Assembly: GCF_009914755.1 (NCBI RefSeq)
Contig: NC_060940.1
Origin: the human T2T-CHM13v2.0 reference genome, Homo sapiens
Length of the DNA: 64,000 nt
Strand: one strand, 5' to 3'
Shown here: positions 55,691 to 64,000 of the stretch, in pieces
Numbering within the stretch: position 1 is the stretch's first letter
How the letters are laid out: each line of letters starts with the position of its first letter
The notes under the pieces: model-generated
Told to the model about the DNA's origin: nothing
The model's database searches: none
Seen by the model: the letters and a program-made list of their open reading frames with translations, nothing else
Program-made: the position numbers and the translations under genes

Positions 55691-56476
55691 GTATTGTGTT
55701 AGGATTTTCCAGAGAAATAGAATCAATTAGATATATACAGACATGTAAAAGGGGATTTACTATAGTAATTGTCTTATATGATTATAAAGTCTCATGATGT
55801 TTCATCTGCAAGCTGGAAAACCAGAAAACCCAGTAGTGAAATTCAGTCTGACTTCAAAGGCCTGAGAAACAGGGGAGCCTATGGTACAACTTTCAGTCCA
55901 AGGCTAACGCCCTGCAAACATGGGACTCCACTGTCCAATGGCTGAAAAAGTGGATGTGCCACATTCATGAGAGAGTAAATTCATCCTTCTTCTGCCTTTA
56001 TATGCATCCTCAGTGGGTTAGCTGGTGCCTGTCCACATTTGACTGTCCACATCTTTACTCAGTTCACTGATTCAAACACTAATGTCTTTCCAAAGCACCC
56101 TCACAGACACATCAGAAATAATGCTTTCTTGGCTATCTGTGTAACCTTTAATATGGACACATAAAAGTAAATATTGGCCAGGTGTGGTGGCTCACACCTG
56201 TAATCCCAACACTTTGGAAGGCTGAGGTGGGCAGATCACAAGGTCAGAAGTTTGAGACCAGCCTGGCCAATAGGGTGAAACCTCGTCTCTACTAAAAATA
56301 CAAAAATTCATCAGGCATGGAGGCAGTTGACTGTAGTCCCGGCTACTCAGCTGAGGCAGAAGAATCACTTGAACCTGGGAGGCAGAGGTTGCAGTGAGCT
56401 GAGATTGCACCACTGCTCTCCAGTCTGGGTGACAGAGTGAGATTTCATCTCAAAAAGAAAAAAAGTAACTATCACA
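55690..56476 (-). mobile_element. MLT2 (ERVL) LTR, split by an Alu
   Basis: TTCCAGAGAAATAGAATCAAT...CTGCAAGCTGGA...CCCTCACAGACACATCAGAAATAATG...AACTATCACA. Confidence 0.75.
56176..56464 (+). mobile_element. AluS
   Basis: Full dimer. TSD about AAAAGTAA.TAT. Confidence 0.93.
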
Positions 56477-56487
56477 TCTATTTAAGA

Positions 56488-57363
56488 AGCCAGGCACAGT
56501 GGCTCACACCTGTAATCCCAGCACTGTGAGAGGCAAAGGCAGGAAGATTGCTTGAGCTCAGGAGTTCAAGACCAGCCTGAATAACATAGCTGACAAAGCA
56601 GGAGCACCGTCATCTCAGACAAACACTGTCACTTTAAGTTTCAGCTGCCTTTCCAGCTTCATGCATTTCAAGAAAATCACTTCTCTTCTAACTACAGGCA
56701 GCCAGAAAAGAGCTAATAGTAAAACATAGATAAGACAGCTCAGCCACAGTGGAAGGCAGGGAGGAAGTCTCTTGGGTAACTGCCAAACTTCACCTCATAC
56801 AATGGGGCCCCAGTAAAACAGTGGGCCTTAATAGGCACATTCTTTCCCTTCTGGTGCACTAAGAGAGAGAAGCTAAAGGCAGACTCAAGGGATATGCCTG
56901 CAGCTGCAGAAAGATGTGTGGGAACAGACACACAATTCTCCTGCCCAGATAAGCACAACAAAGAGACACAGAAGAAGTCCAAGCCTCTGATAAATTCTCC
57001 CACCCTGAATCCTTAAAAATGCTTAGTCTGTAAGACAGTGTGCCTCTGACCCAATTCAGCCAACCATCACTCCGAGGTTTAAAATAAACTTATTAACTAT
57101 TGAGTCACCCTTCGTGTTTCTCTCCTTTCTTTAATTCTTAAAATAGTGAGACCCACCTCTAAACTAAACAAACAAAAAAAATTAGCTAAGCATGGTGGCA
57201 TTGGTGGCATGTGCCTGTGCAGTCCAAGCTAGTCAGGAGGCTGAGGTGGGAGGATCATTTGAGCCCAGAAAGTCAAGGCTGTGGGGAGAGAAGACTGCAC
57301 CAGTGCACTCCAGCCTTGGTGGGAAAGCAAGACACCTTTTAAAAAAAAAGCAAAAACAAAAAC
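56488..57363 (+). mobile_element. AluJ-like element split by a solo LTR
   Basis: Left part at 56488-56590 (GATTGCTTGAGCTCAGGAG), resuming at 57143 (ATAGTGAGACCC...GGATCATTTGAGCCCAG). Confidence 0.85.
56591..57142 (+). mobile_element. Solo ERV1-class LTR, 552 bp (possibly LTR10-like; family unresolved)
   Basis: Starts TGACA and ends TTCTTAAA (decayed ..TACA), with AATAAA near 57084. 5-bp TSD ATAGC/ATAGT inside an Alu. Confidence 0.8.
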
Positions 57364-57436
57364 CTGTGCTGCTGTTAGTGATGTTATCAGTAGCAGCCTT
57401 TTTTTTTTCAAATTTTTACTCTTTAAAAATGATGCA

Positions 57437-57798
57437 GGCCATGTGAGGTGGCTCACGTCTGTAATCCCAACACTTTGGGAGGTCAAGGCAGGTGGACAAC
57501 CTGAGGTCAGGAGTTCCAGACCATCCTGGCCAACATGGTGAAACCCGGTCTCCAATAGAAACACAAAATTAGCCAGGCATGGTGGCGCATGCCTGTAATC
57601 CCATCTACTAAGGAGGCTGAGGTGGGAGAATCACATGAAACCAGGAGAAGGAGGTTGCAATGAGCACAGATTGTACCACTGCACTCCAGCCTGAGTGACA
57701 GGGAGAAACTCTGTCAAAAAAAAAAAAAAAAAAAAAAAGAAAAGGAAGAAGAAAGATAGAAAGAAAAGAAAAAATAAATAAGAAACAAAGGAAAAAAC
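57437..57798 (+). mobile_element. AluS with an extended A-rich tail
   Basis: Full dimer followed by a long A/GAAA tract. Confidence 0.93.
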
Positions 57799-57799
57799 A

Positions 57800-58346
<547 letters not shown>

Positions 58347-58748
58347 CCTATTAAGAGAATTTTCTCTTAATTTTTTTATGATATGACTATTCTAAAGAAG
58401 GATTATCACACAGTATTGTGACATATATAATGTGTAGGTGTAAAATATATGAGTCACATAAAGAATAGAAGGAGGTAATTAAAACTTCACAGCAAGCACC
58501 CACACAAGGTGATTTTTACATGCAGACTGGTGTGAAACAAATTGGTTGAGGGCAAAAGATGCACTTGCTGTCTGATTTTCATGTGTGCTGCTGAGATTTT
58601 CTCCATGGCAGCTTCTGACTTTGGAATCTTGAAAAGAAGCTTTGCCATGTTAAAAATCAAAACACACTTCTAGATGTACTCAGCAGAAGGAAATGTTTTC
58701 TTTGCAGATCTAAATATAAGTCACTTGATTTCAAAGTAAGAGGTTGTT

Positions 58749-59745
58749 TGAAGGGGGCCTGCCCCTCCACAACTGTGGGTATTTCTCTCAAGGTGGAGAT
58801 GAAAGACTGAGAAAAGAAATGAGACACAGAGACAAAGTATAGAGGAAGAAAAGTGGGCCCAGGGGACCGGCGATCAGCAAGTGAGGACCTGCACCGGTGC
58901 TGGTCTCTGAGTTCCCTCAGTATTGATTGATCACTATCTCTACTATCTTGGCCAGAGGGATGTGACAGGACTATAGGGTAATGGTGGGGAGAGGGTCAGC
59001 AGGAAAACATGTGAGCAAAGGAATCTGTGTCATAAATAATTTCAAGGAAACGTACTGTGCCTGGATGTGCATGTAGGCCACATTTATGTTTAACTTTACA
59101 CAAATATCTCAGTGTAGTAAAGAGTACCAGAGCAGTATTGCCACCAGCATGTCTCAGCTCCAGCCATAGGGAGGTTTTCTCCTATCTCAGTAAATAGAAT
59201 GTGTGGTCGGGTTTTACACTGAGACATTCCATTCCCAGGGACAAGCAGGAGACAGATGTTTTCCTCTTATCTCAACTGCAAAGAGGCGTTCCTCTTTCAC
59301 TAATCCTCCTCAGCACAGAGCCTTTATGGGTGCTGGGCTGGGGGACTGTAAGGTCTTTCCCTTCCCATGAGGCAATATCTCAGCTCTCTCAGTGGGGGCA
59401 AACCTGGACAATACACAGGCTTTCTTGGACAAAGGTCCCTGTGGCTCTCCGCAGTGCATTGTATCCCTGGTTAATCAAGAATGGAGAATGGTGAAGACTT
59501 TTACCAGGCATACTGCCTGCAAACAAATTGTTAACAAGGCACATCCTGCACAGCCCTAAATCCATTAAATCTTGATTCAATACAGCTCATGTTTCTGTGA
59601 GCACAGGGTTGAGGTTAAGGTTACAGATTAACAGCATCTCAAAGCAGAATAATTTTTCTTAGTACAGATCAAAATGGAGTTTCTTATGTCTTCCTTTTTC
59701 TACATAGACACAGTAAGAGTCTGATCTCTCTTCCTTTCCCCCACA
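58749..59745 (-). mobile_element. Solo HERV-K(HML-2) LTR5A/5B, 997 bp
   Basis: The minus strand begins TGTGGGGGAAAGGAAGAGAGATCAGAC and ends GGCCCCCTTCA. Perfect 6-bp TSD GTTGTT at 58743-58748 and 59746-59751. Confidence 0.92.
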
Positions 59746-60199
59746 GTTGTTTTAGGCACAGTAGTTTTAGTCAGTGTTGAAAATAATAAATAGCCTACAA
59801 ATGTCAAAAAGGGATGAAAAGAGTTTGCACACATATGAAATATGTTTTGTTTAGCCTAACTCTGCCTCCTTATATAGTTTAAATTCAGCCTAAAGGTTTC
59901 TTCATACGTGGTAAACTGAAACCTAACTGGAGGTGTAAACAGACTGTAACCTATTTTTGTGCAAGTAACTGAGATTTGGCCAATCAATGGTGCCCAACTG
60001 TTCAATCCATGTTTAAATAAGGCAAATGTCAAGGTGTAATCAATCCAGCTGTTTGTGTACCTCTCTTCTTTCTCTGTAATTCACTTTTCTTTTTCTGTGC
60101 ATAAATATTCTTTCATTATATTTTTACCAGAAAGGGGTCCCAATCTGGACCTCAAAAGAGAGTTTTTGCATCTCACATAAGAAATAATTCAGGGTGACA

Positions 60200-60569
<370 letters not shown>

Positions 60570-60633
60570 CTACTCTGTGGACTGCTTGAGTGCATATACT
60601 TATTTCTTAATTTCATACTAAAACAAAGGGATT

Positions 60634-60931
60634 GGTGGGATGCGGTAGCTCATGCCTGTAATCCCAGCATTTTGGGAGGCCAAGAGGGGAGGATCATGAA
60701 GTCAAGAGGTCGAGAACATCCTGGCCAACATAGTGAAACCCTGTCTCTACTAAAATTACAAATATTAGCTGGGTGTGGTGGCATGTGCCTGTAGTCCCAG
60801 CTACTTGGGAGGCTCAGGCAGGAGAATCACTTGAACCTAAAAGGCAGAGGTTGCAGTGAGCTGAGATCTTGACACTGAACTCCAGCCTGGTGACAGAGCA
60901 AAACTCCCTCTCAAAAAGCAAAAAAACAAAA
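60634..60931 (+). mobile_element. AluS (Sc-like)
   Basis: Full dimer with GTCAAGAG and CCTGGTGACAGAG diagnostics. Confidence 0.9.
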
Positions 60932-60932
60932 T

Positions 60933-61235
<303 letters not shown>

Positions 61236-61767
61236 TCATGAGTTTTCCAGAAATGGTGAAGGCAATTTCTGGAACTGAGGTTTTCTCTGCCTTTTAGACT
61301 AAACATCGGAACTTCTGCACATTGTCATGGCATTTTTAAACCGTCATGGTGCTGGGGGGAGTGTCTTTTAGCATGCTTCTGCATTATAATTAACATATAA
61401 TGTGCAGCGAAGTTGACCAGAGGTCACTTTTATTGTCATCTTAGATTTGATGGATTTTTGGACAGTTTCTTTACTATATTCTGTTTTATCAGCAGAGTCT
61501 TTATCCCCTGTATTTTGTGATATCAGTCCTGTTGACCTCCTTCCTGTGACTAGGAATGCCTAACCTCCTGGGAATGCAGCCCAGCAGGTCTCAGCCTTAT
61601 TTTGCCTAGCCCATATTCAAGATGGAGTTGCTCTGGTTTGAACATTTTTGACAATGTAGTTGCTTGAGAGTCTCTCTGACCCTATTCTGGCTCAAGACTG
61701 CCCTATTTTTGAATCATTCTTTGCTCAATTAAACTCTGTTAAATTTAATTTGTCTAAGATTTTCTAC

Positions 61768-62073
61768 ATTTTTTTTTCTTTTTTTGAGATAGAGTCTTAC
61801 TCTGTCACCCAGGCTGGAGTGTAATTGTGCGATCTCAGCTTACTGCACTCTCCGCCTCCCAGGTTCAAGTGATGCTTCTGCCTCAGCCTCACTAGACTAG
61901 CTAGGATTACAGGCACCTGCCACAATGTCTGGCTAAGTTTTGTATTTTTAGCAGAGACGGGATTTCTGCTAAATGTTGGCCAGGCAGGCTAGTCTCAAAC
62001 TCCTGACCTCAGGTGATCTGCCTGCCTCGGCCTCCCAAAATGCTGGGGTTACAGGCATGAGCCACCGTGCCCA
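61768..62073 (-). mobile_element. AluS
   Basis: T-tail plus a full dimer. TSD about ATTTTCTA.ATTTT. Confidence 0.93.
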
Positions 62074-62418
62074 GGAAATTTTCTAAATTTTAACAGACTG
62101 CATCAATAGTGGAATCTGAGGTAGAGCCTCTAGTGACCACCAGGAGTACCAGGTGACAAAACAATAACCCATTGTTTCCATGGCTCTTTTGCAGCATCTG
62201 GGAATTTTAGTAAGTTTTCTCTTGGATTCCAAAGTGTCATAAAATTTTGTTTTGAGCTCTCTGAGTTAGTTTAAGAAAATTTAAAATCTGAACTTGATTT
62301 GGATGTCAGGACAAAACCTGGACTGGGTCCAGGATCAGTTTGGATCTAATAATTAACTAACTGGAATTCAGTTAGAGGTCTCTTATGTCTCACTGGGTAA
62401 GACAGAAATCAATTGTAA

Positions 62419-63448
<1,030 letters not shown>

Positions 63449-64000
63449 GTAAATGGCAATATTTCAAGGGATGTAAACATTGGCTTCTGAAAATTTGCAG
63501 GAATTTTTGTTTACTTCCCCCTTTGTTATTTTTTCTTGTGCTTTTAGGCAGAGAAAAATTACTGGCTAAGTTGTTCAGAAAGATCTAAGCTAAAGCCAAG
63601 GTTCTAAAATTAACAATGCAAAAATTGTATTAGTGAGAAAAATTACAACAGTAAGCTGAGCTAACTCACCCTCTATCTCAACTTTCCCTTAAGTATTCCT
63701 GGGCTATTGGGCCCAGCTAACTAGTGAAAACCTTCAGGCTGTTGTTTAAATGATAATAGGCCTTGGCTCCAAACTCAACTTTTGTTTGGGAGGCCATCAG
63801 GCTTGATGGGAAGAGGGAAGCCTGAGTCCTGCCAAGGCACAGACATGAAGGAAGTCAGCCATTATTCTGGAGGTTATAAAATATGCAACATCTCCAATTG
63901 CTCCTGCAAACATTGTCACTTCTATAGTACATAAGATTAGCCTTTTGAGATATCTCTACAAGTTTTATGCATGTCTTATCCCCATGGCTTCATCTGGACC

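Noticed and set aside
58350-58742. Unassigned stretch as a possible exon remnant
   Set aside because: I could not recognise any protein or repeat similarity, so there is too little evidence without a search.

Overview
Primate (human-like) pericentromeric DNA spanning the outer edge of an ancient satellite domain. From left to right: (1) a 35-bp HSAT4-type satellite (1-~5240); (2) about 34 kb of single-orientation, strongly diverged ~172-bp monomeric alpha satellite with no CENP-B box seen (~5240-39463), carrying three L1PA insertions of different ages; (3) a doubly truncated young L1PA fragment that forms the array boundary; (4) old L1M debris; (5) an intron-containing, heavily decayed copy of the kinesin-8 gene KIF18B (+ strand, ~43385-52100); and (6) a dense nest of Alus, L1MC, MLT2, a solo HERV-K LTR5, and MER57/MER41/LTR8 LTRs. 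The combination resembles my recollection of human 16p11.1 (KIF18BP1), but I could not verify this. No intact protein-coding gene is present, and I found no convincing new biological system. The interesting signals are structural and evolutionary. Repeat subfamily names and KIF18B comparisons come from remembered sequences, not database searches.
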